DNA from: Bacteroidales bacterium
GTDB taxonomy: Bacteria; Bacteroidota; Bacteroidia; Bacteroidales; WCHB1-69
Length of the DNA: 55,485 nt
Assembly: GCA_031253655.1 (NCBI GenBank)
Contig: JAIRVY010000066.1
Span: 1 to 55,485 of the forward strand
Direction: 5' to 3'
In this document: piece after piece, positions 10,424 through 23,200 of the stretch
How the letters are laid out: every line of letters starts with the position of its first letter
Position numbering within the stretch: position 1 is the first letter of the stretch
Made by a program: the position numbers and the translations under genes
Notes under the pieces: model-generated
Database searches by the model: none
What the model was told of the DNA's origin: nothing
Seen by the model: the letters and a program-made list of their open reading frames with translations, nothing else

Positions 10424-11008
10424 ATGAATAAATTAGTATCCTTTTTAAAAGTCAAAGCAGAATTAATAAAGTTTTTTGAAGCATTTCTTCGGGTTAGTAA
10501 AAGAGGCATCGCGCTCTACTTTCTTCTTACTATTTTTCTTTTTCTTCCCTCATCTACTCGCGCAAATCAGGCGCCCCCGCCCGAAAACATTATCGTAAAA
10601 TCGCTCTATTCTGCTGTGGAAAACAACCAACCCCTCTACCATCTCATTTTTGGAATCCACCCAAACGTGATGATTGAGGCAGATTCGAAACCATACATCT
10701 TCAAAAATGTTGGAGAGCCGGTGCAGGCTTTCTGCGATATAAACGAAATAAATTCTCTGTATGCCGATACTACTATGTTTCAAGCCGTGCGGATACTACA
10801 TCTCTACAACGTAAAAAACGGAAATATTCCCACACTCGACCTTACTCAAATGACCGCCTTTGAAAACCTGGAATATATTTATATCGCATTTAATTACAAT
10901 GCTTGCGAAGATATGAGCGAAAACTGTCTCCCAAATATTATCAGAAATTTTATCATCCCGAATAATAAAAAGATTACAGTATTGTATAAATTAGACCTTG
11001 CTCACTAA
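10424..11008 (+). CDS. Hypothetical small membrane-anchored or secreted protein (194 aa), orphan
   Basis: ORF from the track. One hydrophobic segment, 'GIALYFLLTIFLFLPSS', follows a 27-aa charged N-terminus. The C-terminal half has weak leucine-rich-repeat-like spacing ('IPTLDLTQMTAFENLEYIYIAF'). I recognise no family. Same strand as the giant gene and 165 nt upstream of it. Confidence 0.5.
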   Translation: MNKLVSFLKVKAELIKFFEAFLRVSKRGIALYFLLTIFLFLPSSTRANQAPPPENIIVKSLYSAVENNQPLYHLIFGIHPNVMIEADSKPYIFKNVGEPVQAFCDINEINSLYADTTMFQAVRILHLYNVKNGNIPTLDLTQMTAFENLEYIYIAFNYNACEDMSENCLPNIIRNFIIPNNKKITVLYKLDLAH

Positions 11009-11173
11009 ATTTTTTTATAGTTAATAGTCAACACTCTTTTTTTTTATATTTTGTTGAAAACGAAAAAATATAAAGTTGAGGTTGAATTTTTTTTACAATA
11101 AAGCACACACAAGAGATAAAATAAAATAACACCAAATTGAAAGAAGAAAATAATTAATTACAAAATAAAAAAA

Positions 11174-11272
11174 ATGAAAGATTTTTACAATTCTTTACGC
11201 AAAACAAAGGCTGCGATTTTTACACTTTTTTTAGCTATCGGATTCAGTATTCTTCCGGTATGCGTTGAAGCG
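11174..11272 (+). other. Sec signal peptide of the giant protein
   Basis: 'MKDFYNSLRKTKAAIFTLFLAIGFSILPVCVEA|QP': basic n-region, hydrophobic core, and an A-x-A-like cleavage site VEA. Confidence 0.75.
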
Positions 11273-14200
11273 CAGCCGATTAACCAGCAACCAAACCCAC
11301 CGAATAGTGTTCAGGTGCCCTTCAAACCCAGGGTGTCGAATACTGTTTCGGCGCAAAACCGTGCGGTTTACAGCATTAAAGGCGATTTTACCGCCATAGG
11401 AAATACCAACCTGATGCTGAACAGGACCGACAATAACCCGAACTTTCCCATTGACAATGCGGATCCGACTAAGCTGAAGTATGTGTGTATAGACTCGCTC
11501 AGACGAGATACCATCTTCAATGCCTCTGCCGCCAAGTTGGATTTGCCCGACGCATGCCACGGCATTGTGTATGCAGGCTTGTACTGGGGCGCACGCCCCT
11601 CGGATGCACCCGGACGAACAGACTCGCTGTGTGCCACCAAATTTGTGGAATGGCTGCACGACCACAAATTCTTCTGCGGAGATAATTTGCCCATCCCGCC
11701 CGGTGCTGACCCAAACCTGTATAAAATAACTTGTGATTATGTGCCGCTTTGCGGACCTCAGGGAAATAGTGGACAAGGGGTAAGATATTCAATTTATCTT
11801 GGTAGTCTCGTACCCCACTTATATGTACAGTTTGTAAGAATTCATTCCAATCAACCCAAAAATGTTCAATACATCTTTCGAATTGGTAACACTATTCATC
11901 AGACTAATGGAGACAATTATCAATACCCGATGTGGATAAATAATGTAGTACTTTACCCGGGATATGATACGTACGATAATATGACTATTGAGAATCATTC
12001 TTACTTAAATCCGGGTGAGCCGTGTCCTTCGGGCGGAGTTCCCACCACAACATTTACTTTACCTGTACCTCTCGTAATTAGGCAAGCCGGTTGTGAATTT
12101 ACCATAAGGTCTATTACCCGCCCATTTGACGATGTAACTCAAAGCATAGTAGAAAGTTGCAGTTGGTTTGATGGCAAATTCTATATCTATGATAATGTTA
12201 CCAAATGTATGCCAAAGGCGCAGGTAAAACTCAAACATGAAAGCGATGCCAACTATACTTTGATTAATGCTGTGCACAACAATTTTAGGCAGAATATTTT
12301 CTATCCGCCCAATACAAATGTTGCTACCATGCACAACCAATACATGTATGCGGCTTATGCCGATGTTACCAATTTTGTTCGTGCTTCGGGCAGAGGCGCG
12401 GGTTGGTACACCGTAGCAGATATTGCCACAAATGAAGGCTTAGGTGGAATAATTGGTTTACATGCCGGATGGGCAATGATTGTGGTGTACGAAAACAGCG
12501 AAATGCCCTGGAAAGATATTATTGTGCAAGACGGCTTTGTGAACTTCCTGTCTCAGAACAGCTCGGAGATTTTGGTGCAAGGATTTAATGCCAAAGAGCG
12601 TGATGATGTAGGAGTTAAGATTTGTGTGGTGGGAGGTGAAGGAGATATGGGTCAGGACGGAGACTATTTTCAGGCGTTTGTGCACAATAATGTGGTTCCT
12701 TCTTACAACAGCTTCCAGTTTATTAACAGAGACGGTCAAATATACACCGAATCTTCAGCCGTACCCTCTAACTTTATGCGTTGCCACATACAAGTTCCCA
12801 TGGCACCGAGTACGGAAATATGCAGAATGCCAAACCTCACCAACAACCCCGGTTTTGATATAGCCCAATTTATGCTTAACAATACCGACAGACGTTTTAT
12901 TGGCTACGGACAAAATTCGGCAAGATTTCGTTTGGGTACCAACTACGACAACTTCAACTACTTCGCTTTTGCCATGTCGGTGGATGCTTATATGCCTAAA
13001 CCGGAAGCCATTAATATAGTGCAAAATGTGGATGTTGCTACCCCGATTTTTGATCCCGAAACAGGTGAACCTTTACTCAGTCCGGGCGATATCATAGATT
13101 ACTCTGTGGATATCAGACTAAGAGGAGACGAACCCGTGGACAGCCTCATCCTCCGAATCCCTATCCCTTATACCACTAAATATCTTTCCAATATGTCGCA
13201 CGCAACATATAATTGGAATTGCGCTCGACTACAAGGACCGGAAAACAGAAATTCGATAATAGGTAATGTGCCGCCTTGTGATAACAATTCGGCAATCCGC
13301 TTCGATGAATCGGTAGCTCCTAACGGGATGATTGAATGGTATGTAGGAGACTTTATCTACTTGTCGGACTCAACGTTTTATACCGATTTAAGCAACCCCA
13401 ATCCTGCCCTTCACGATTCTACCATTACCTATACTTCTACACTCTGGTTTGCGGGATTTGAAATATTGGCAACGCTTTACTTTTCGTTGGAGATTACCGA
13501 TGACTGTAAGGCATTGGCAAGCGGCGATGACCCATGTAAGGCAGGTGTGGTGGTATGGGGTTCTTCTTCGGGAAGAGGACATATTACGCATACTTACTTT
13601 AGCGACTGGCCTATGGTTTATGGTATGCAAGAATCCCCTTGCGAATCGGAATATGAGATTACACCGCCGAGATTTTTGATAGATATTCCTATTGATTGTC
13701 AAGGCGACGAAGTCGAAATTCTTGATATTCAATTGTGTAATAATTTAACAGGAAGCGATATTTACTATTATGTAAGGTCGTTCTTTCCGATAGGAACGCG
13801 ATTTTATGATTTTGATGATATTGACGCTAACTATTTTCCTAGTATAACAGCGTTGGAATATGATGAAAATCATCCATTTATACCCAATAACCCGAGCGAT
13901 CCCAAGCCTTGGAAACTATTTGTAGGACTTCCGGGCGATAATAGCGGAGGAGATTGTATCTTTATGTTCAACATAGTGGAAGCTCATGTGCCGAATTTAG
14001 AATTAACAATAGAGAATCCTTTTATTCTTTGCGAAGATGAAGAAATTAATTTAACCGAATTAATTGATATTACAGACGACTCAGGGGTTAGTTATACTGT
14101 GCAATTTTACAGAAATCCAACAGGAACGGTTCCCTATTTTAGTTACACCCCTCCACCGGTTCCGGATAAGTTTATTACTCCTCTAGTTGACACCACTTAT

Positions 14201-17200
14201 TACGTGAGATTGCGGGTGGACGGTACCATGTGTTATACAAATTTAACCCCTATTGTTATTCAGGTAATACCCAAGATGGATATCAGTGCCGAAGAAATTA
14301 CTATTAACACTTGCAGTGATGTTACATTCAGTGTTGATCCTACAGTCATTTTCGGTAGTAATATTATTCCTGAGGTTACCGTTTACAGCTGGGCTGCTCC
14401 TTCCGCTCCTGACGGCGTTTCCGGTATGGCAAGCGGTAATGGAGAGTCAACCATTACCGGAAAACTTACGAATACTACCAATAATATTCAAAAGGTTACT
14501 TATATAGTAACTCCTTTTGTGCCCAGAGACAACGGCTTGCCCTGCGAAGGAGAAGATTTTGAGGTTGATGTATGGGTATATCCGGTAGTTCCCGTGCCCG
14601 TAACTACCTCTCTGAATGTATGTAGAGGCAGCAGTATCTCTTTAACAGATGCAGTGCAGGGATACAATTCTACGGATTTTAGTATATACAACAGTTCTAC
14701 AAGCGACAGTCCGTTAACAAATCTTACTATTACAGACATTCAATCAAACCATACTTATTGGGTTTCACGAATAGTAACCTATACCGACATGGTTTGTGAA
14801 AGTTTTAGAGAAGAGATTCAAATATTTGTACAAGAGCCGGAAGTGCCCATTGTGGCAACTATTCCGGGTATCTATTGCGAAGGGACGCAGGTTACGCTTA
14901 CAGTTACCGGTCTCACCCACTATAATTTAGCAAACGCCACCATAAACTGGTACAACCAGGCAGGAACGCTTTTAGGCTCCGGAACCTCACTGGCAATTTA
15001 TTTGCCATCCACAAACCCGATGGCAACTCTTACCTATTATGCCGAAGCAGTGTTTTCTCCAAACCTTCCCACCGGACTTGGATGTAATACTGTTGTGAGA
15101 ACACCGGTTACGATTACAGTTAGACCTTATGCTTCTACTTCGCAGGTGGCTTCAACAACCGGCGCAACAATATGTACCGGCAATACGGCAACTATTTCAG
15201 CCACAGCAGCTATAACCGGCGCTAATGCCGTAACTAATCCGGTAATCCGGTGGTACGACAGTCCAACGTCCACAACTGTGCTTCCCAGCACACAAGTGGG
15301 CGCTACGAGCAGTTTTACTACTCCAACACTTTACAATCCGCCTTCGGGAACTTACACCTATTATGTTTCGGTATCCGGAGATAATTTTTGTGAAAACCTT
15401 ACGGCAAATCGTGTTCCGGTAACAGTAACCGTACGCGAGCAGCCCATACTAACTCTTAAAACTCAAGATGAAATTTATTCAAAATGTTATAATCAATCTT
15501 TTGTTATTGTTCCCACACTAACGAATAATACTTACAATCCTGCCATCAATCAGTGGTATATAAGGGAACAGGGTAGTGGCACTTGGCTACTAGCCGCTAC
15601 AAGTATTTACTCTACGTGGTTCTCTCCGGGACCGAGTGGAAACTCTCTGGTTAATACTATTTTTACCCCTACCAACAGCTTGATAAATAACTTTGAATTA
15701 CGATTAGTAGTTAATACAGAGTATTGCGGGCAGGTGGAGGATTTCATATCCTTGACCATTCTTCCTAATCCTACTAATTATACTCTCCAATTGGTTGAAC
15801 AACCCTTATTAGCCCAGGATATTTGCGAAGATACCGTTTATACGGTTAAAATTAAATCTACCGACATCGGTTTAATTAACAATATTACAGTTAGTTTTTT
15901 AGATGACGACAATACCTTGCTTGGAGTAAAAGATGCCTATTACAGTACAGATATCAATGCACCGGATGGAAATTGGTTACAATTGACTGAAATATGGCGA
16001 AACGACCCCACCGAGAACTCGTCTACAGGATGGGCATTCCCTCCCAATTACGAATTGGAAATAAGTGATTCGGTGTATGTTAAAATTTTTGTATATATTG
16101 GATGCGATTTTTATTCCGGCAGCCCTTATGCCATTCGAGTAAACGCAAAAGATTATTGTGGTTACGATATTACACCGGCTCGAACTGTACCCACCGATAT
16201 TTTCAGAGCAAAATTCAGTGAAGATGGCTTTGGTTTTACATACGATGTGTTGTGGAGATTTGACCCTCCTGCCTTATACAGTTCACCGCCTACACAATAC
16301 TGGTTCACAGATGCAACCCCGCAAATACCGTTAGCACAAAACTATACCGGAGATATTATTACATGGAGAATTGCCTTTGTTCCCCATTCAGACGATATTG
16401 TCAGCAACCCATACACCTCCGATTCGGACAGGGAATCCTATTGGTTTTTGATTCCAAATGGATTTGAAATACTCGGCTATCAAAATATTAAAAATGCTCC
16501 TACCGACTGGGAAGATTTTGATATTTTGGGAGATATTTTCTATTTGCCCGCAGGAATTGAATTCGGACATCCGATACCTTCCGGATTATCAGACGGTGAC
16601 AGTATCATTTTTGAATTTACTTTATCGACTTATAATGCCGAATGTAAACTATTTGAAACATACGCTTCTACTTGGTTCACGCTGGAAGATATTTACTGTG
16701 GCGGTGAACTTTGTGAAGGTATTAATGATAAAACCGGAGAATCTTATCCGAAAATTGAAGTAACCGGTTCTGCTTTCCATCTGTTAGACCCGCAGGTTAC
16801 TACTGCGGCTCAAAGAATTATTACTCAAAATAGTTGGGGTGGTAAAGTGGATTTCGAGGTAGATAAGCCATTCCAGACAGGCGGCAGAATATATGCCGAT
16901 TTCTATATTGATAGCGATAAAAATAATAGATTGGATATTCTTACAGACACTAAAATTGCCTCCCAGATTATTCCCACGGGCAATTGGGCATCAGGTACTT
17001 TTACCCTCGATTTCTCTAACGTTCCTTTTGGTAAAGACGACCAACTTTTTGTACGCCTGTATAGCGACTCCATTATTTGTAACGAAGTAGTTTTTCCAAT
17101 TGCTACATTATGGGGCAAAGATACCATTTGCGAAGGCGACACGCTGTTGCTTACTGCTCCCGAAAGAGGAACTTTGTATAGTTTTATTCCTTCCGATCCC

Positions 17201-20200
17201 GTTAGGATGCTTCGCCAACCTGCTCCGGGAGATTTTGATTACACCCAGAAACCCTGGATATACAACGTATATTGCCCGGAAAAAGGTAATTATTATGTTG
17301 ACTTTACCTATTCTATAAACCTTGAGAGTACCACAACACAGCTTATCGCTGCCCGTTACCCGATTACAGTACTTGAGATACCAAAACTGGTACTTACCGG
17401 ACCTGATTCAACGCGAATTTGCCAAGATGCCTGTGTGGACTTGATGCCATTTATTGCAGAAACTACCGGATTACCCGGTATCATCATTTCTGTTTTCGAC
17501 AACGGAACAAAGGTAGGAGATGATAGCACAGACGGAACTATTATTGTTTGCCCCGATAAAACTACAATCTATACTTTTAAGGCAAAAGTAGGTACGGATG
17601 GCTGCGACGAAGAAGTTGAAATCCCATTCAAAGTGTATGTAGATGAGATGGTAAATATTTGGTCTATCGGAGCGCTTACCTATCCGGGGTGCAAAGATAC
17701 CGAGGGTTCGGTATGGTTCTCCGTGTGGGATATCAATAACTATAGTAATGAATACGAATACAGTATTAATAATATTGCGGGACCTTTTTTTCCTTTGGAT
17801 GTAGATCCCCTCTCCGGTATTGCCATTGTGGACGATTTGGCGTCGGGAACTTACATATTTTACGTGCAAAACACAACAGCATTTGCCTGTTCTCCCTCGC
17901 AAAGTTTGCCTATAACATTGCCTCCAATAAATTCCGATATTACAGTGTCCGCCGAAATATTAACCCATCCCTCCGATTGTGATGCCACAGACGGAGTGGT
18001 GCAGATAGTAGTGAGCGGAGGTACTTCCCCATACAAATACAGAATTGGAATAGAGGGAAGTTGGGAAGAGTTGCCTTTAGACGGATTGTTAAATGATTTT
18101 AGTTCAGGAAAATACTACATTTATATTATGGATGACAACGAGTGTGTACATCCGGTGGAAGAGATTTTTATGAAACCCATTTCCGGAATGACATTGAGTT
18201 ATGTAATTGACTCTCATTCCGATTGTGAAGAATATGGACAGGCTACCATTACCGTTAACGGCGGTACGCCACCTTTCCAATACCGATTAAACAGCCAAGG
18301 ATGGAAGCCCATAACGGGTAATACCGTTACTGTGGATGCTTACACCGGCTATAATTCAGTTACTGTAGTTGATTCAGAAGATTGTACGCAAGATGTGGAG
18401 TTTACAATTGATTTAGAAAATGCTGAATTTGAGATTCTCCCATTTGCGAAAACTGATGCCACCTGTTTCAACGATATGGGAGGTACAATTACGGTTACCG
18501 TTAAAAGCATAAGCGCTTTACTTCAAAATGTTACAATCAGTTATGGAGTTGGGACTCCGGTTACTTTACCCCTTCCCGCTAATGGTACTATTACTCATAC
18601 TATTACAGGATTGGGTGTGGGCACCTATGAAATAGAGATTAGAAATGATAACGATTGCTACATTAGGTATCCGGGAGTTACTATTGAATTAGATAAATTA
18701 GCGTTTATCAATATTGGTTCAATTAGCGTAGTTACGCAACCCACCTGCACCGACAGCGGCGGCAGTATTCACTTAGTAGTATTTGGCGGCATAGGCGAGA
18801 CGCCTGAATATGAATACAATTTCGATAATGGATATACTTTCTACCCCCTTCCTCCCGACGGAATTATTTCCGGATTAAAAGTGGGATTGCACTACTTATA
18901 TATAAGAGACAAAAATGCGCCCTCATGTGCCATCTCTATCGGTGGTCCCATACGAATTACCCCTAACTCCAGCAATCTTTTTGTTGAGTTGTTAGGAGTT
19001 GCCGACGCCACCGATTGTGAAACCCCCAACGGAACAATCTTCTTTGCGGCTTCCGGCGGAGAACCCCCTTACAAATATTTCCTTGACGGTGTTGAACTTA
19101 CGACTCCTAAGCCAACCGGTGGCGTAATTTCGGGAGTTGCTTCAGGCTACCACGAACTTTATATTTCCGATGCTACCGGATGCAAAGCATTCGCAGAGAA
19201 AATATTTATTAACGCTACAAACTTTGAAATAGAATGGGAACTGATAAAAAATGCCGACTGTTTTGAAGATGGCCAGGTTGAGATTACGATTTCAGGCGGT
19301 CAGCCTAACTATTCTTATCAGGTATCGCTTCACGATAACTTTGTTTCTTTTGCAGGAAATACCGCTACCATTGACTTTCATGCAGGGCATTATTATATTG
19401 TAGTAAAAGATGCTAACGGTTGTGTAAAACGAGAAGAATTTCAAATAGGATTATCAAACGATGAAATTGTATTACAAATAGTTGCGGTAACACATGCCGA
19501 TTGTGAAGGCACCGATGGAGGTACCATTACTTTCGATTTACAAGGCAGCACAGGCGCCAATTTTGAATTTAGAATATTTGAAGAATGGGAACCCGTTACC
19601 CAACTACCATTCACTATTACCGGTTTGGCAGAGGGTATATATGCCTTTTATATCAGAGATGACAATGAATGTGCCCTCATATTTACGGAAGTTCCGGTTA
19701 CCTTGGAGAGAGTTCCCAACATAACGATAAGTTCTATTTCAGTGGTTTCGCAGCCCGATTGCGGCACTAATACCGGTTCCATTCAATTAGTAGTTACAGG
19801 CGGAAGCGGAAATTATCAATATCAAATAAACGGAGCTGGAAGTTTTTTCAATCTACCCTCATCGGGTATTATCAATAGTTTCCCGGCCGGAGTTTACTAT
19901 TTTCTTGTTCGGGAAGTTGGAAACACTGCTTGTCCTTATGCCATCACCGATAAAATTACTTTATATCCTACAAACGGCAGTATTGTGGTAAGTTCTAAAA
20001 TAGTTAACGCTTCTTCCTGCACATCTTCCAATGGTGGGGTGCAGTTGTATATTAGCGGCGGAACGCCATTTTTAGATGGTATGGGCTATTATTACAATTA
20101 TATTATTGAAAACCAAACAACACTGAATCCTACTTATGATGGAAGAATTACATCCTTGGCGCCCGGCGACTATGTGATACACATTTTTGACGCTACCGGT

Positions 20201-23200
20201 TGTAAAGTGAGTACGCTGGTTACTATTGGTGTGAACCCCGATAACAATATCGGGCTTGATTTCACCTCTATCGTGGCAGCAGGATGTAACACTCCCGGCT
20301 CATTTACTTTGATAGCAAGCAATGGTGTACCTGTATATCAATACAGTATCAACAGAGGAGGATATATTCCTTTCATGGGTAGTACAGTAATAGTTACAAT
20401 TGGCGCAGGCACCCATTTTGTAGAATTGATAGACGGGAACGGCTGCTATACTTCAGACTACGTAACCGTTAACCCAAATACAGGTTTTACGGCTTTTGTG
20501 AGCTCTGTTGTGGATGCACATTGTGATGGGACAAACGGGGGAGAAGTAGTAATTACTTTTACAGGCTCTCCTACAAAATATATTGTTAACAACATTGAAT
20601 ATCAACTTTCAGGTTTAACAGGAGACAGTTTCACCATTCCGGACTTAGCTCAGGGAACCTATACCATAGATATTGTATATGGAAGCAATTGTGTTTATAC
20701 TATTGATAATGTGAAGATAAACCACGATTCAAACTCACCCGTAAAGATAGGCTCGGTATATGTGGTTCGACAACCGGAGTGTCAGGGAAGTGGAGGAAGA
20801 GTGCAGGTAGTAGTTACCGGTGGAAGTGGAGAGTATTACTACAACATTGAAAACGTTTGGAGAGATTTTACTCTGCCCGACGACGGCATTATCTTTCTTG
20901 GAGTAGGAAACTATCATATTTATATTTGGGATAAAAATAATAGAAATTGCCCTGTTGTAGTTAGCAATCCGGTTATTCTTACCCCGAATACCAGCGACCT
21001 TAAAGTGTTGGCAACCACTGCGGATGCAACAGGGTGTTATCCGGCAACAGGTTCCATAATTGCAGAAACCTGGGGTGGCTCAGGCACTATCACTTACAGT
21101 ATCAACGGAGAGGATAAAGGTGTATTTCCGCCAACAGGTAATTTGGGAAGTAACTTCCGTTCGGGAGTATATTCTATTATGGTGTATGATGAAGAGGGTT
21201 GCAGCGCAGGTACGGAAGTATTTGTACTTGCGAATCCTTTCAATATTAACTTCCGCTTAGAAGCGTTACAAGAAGCAAATTGCAATGGAAAGGGACTTTT
21301 GGCTATTGAAATTATCAGAGACCCCATAGATGAAACTAATTGGCGTTATCAGTTAGATGGCGAAAACTGGAAAATCTTCCCGTCAAACTATGTGACAGAA
21401 CCGGTTACAGCCGGATGGCATACCGTTATTGCTATGAATGATGCCGGATGTTATTCACAAAATGTTATTGAAATTCTAAACACTTCAGGAATAAGATTAT
21501 CAATACCTGTAACAACAGATGCTTTTTGTCAGGGTATAGCTGTTCCTCCCTCATCGGGAGGCACTATTACATTTGATATTGATGGCGGAACTGCCCCTTT
21601 TACCATCACAAATAATAGTAATATCCTTGAAACAAATGTTCCGGAGGGCTCTTATACCATTTACGGATTGCCGGTGGGTGTTTATGAAATCACTATTACC
21701 GATGCCAACGGTTGTATAGCAACGCTCGAAAAAATATCTATCAAGCGTTCCGACGACTACTACTTTGCAGTAAACGACTACAACTATACCTATTCCGGCG
21801 TGTTGGTAGGCGGTAATATTTTTGATAATGACATTACGCTAAATAACGCAACCATTTTATTTGACCTCGATTATTATGCAAGTACTGTAGTAACATTAAA
21901 CGGTACTTTTACTTTTTCTGTAAATGGGGATTATACGTATTTACCCCATTCCGGTTTTTGCGGTGTAGATTCAATACGTTACTACGCTTTGAATGATTGT
22001 GGATTGAAAAGCAACGCCTGGTTATACATTACCGTATTCGACCAGAATGTTCCTAATTCGCCGTTGCCTCCAATTGCAGTTGCCGACTTCTATTCTACTA
22101 CCCGCGGAATTTGTATTAACCAAATGGATGTGAGGGCAAACGATGCTGAACGAAACGGCAGCACATTAACATTGCCTCAGGTTGTCTCCGGAAAAGAAGT
22201 ACAACATGGTATATTGACATCAAATGGTGATGGCACTTTTGAGTATTGTCCCCATCCGAACTTCTTCGGAGAAGATGGTTTCGACTACGTGGTTTGCAGC
22301 AATGCTGCCGGTACATACTTCAATTATTGCACCGGTGTAGAGCAACCCCTTTGCGATACCACACACGTTACTATTCTGGTACTCAGAAATGACTTTACCG
22401 TATTTGCATTCCCCGATTACTATACTACCGACCAGGAAACCATGCTGTTTGGCGGAAATATTTTACACAACGACATCTACCCGGCCGGTTCTACTCCGCA
22501 AATAACCTTGGTTCCGGGTTCAGGAACTAGCAACGGTTTATTAAATCTGAAGGAAGATGGCACCTTTGAATATCTGCCTAACCCCGGATTCTTTGGTACT
22601 GATAAGTTTGAGTATGAGTTGTGTGTAGAGATAAACAACGAAATAAAATGCGACATTACAACAGTTTATATATTGGTAGTTAAAAAAGATTGTCCAATTG
22701 TGACTGCACCCAACGTGAGCAACCCGCAGACATTCTGTTTGCCGGCGTATGTTAAAGATTTGATAGCCTACGGACAAGAGGTGAAATGGTACTTATCTGC
22801 AGAACCGGAAGAGGAGGAAGAACCATTAGATCCGGAAGAGACTTTATTAGTTGCCGGACAAGTCTATTATGCTTCTCAAACGGTGAATGGATGTGAAAGC
22901 AAAAAACGCTCGTTTGTGAAAGTATTGGAATCTGAAGATTATATGATTGCTGCGCCCAATATTTTAACACCGCAATTCTTCTGTGAGGATGCAACCCTTG
23001 ACGATTTAGTTACCGACGGGTTGCCGGTGAAGTGGTACAACGCTACCGGTACGGAATTGCAGGGAACTACAAATCTTGTGAATGGTGCTACGTATTATGC
23101 AGCCCGTTTGGCAGGAGATTGCGAAAGCGCTAAACGCACTCCGGTACAAGTTATAGAAACCAACACTTCTATTTCCTACCCTGTTGCTCCTCAAAGATTC

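Noticed and set aside
11009-11173. A possible invertible promoter or phase-variation switch upstream of the giant gene
   Set aside because: I looked for flanking inverted repeats. I found only a weak AT-only 8-bp pair (tatatttt / aaaatata around 11046-11073). No recombinase gene lies nearby. The evidence is insufficient.
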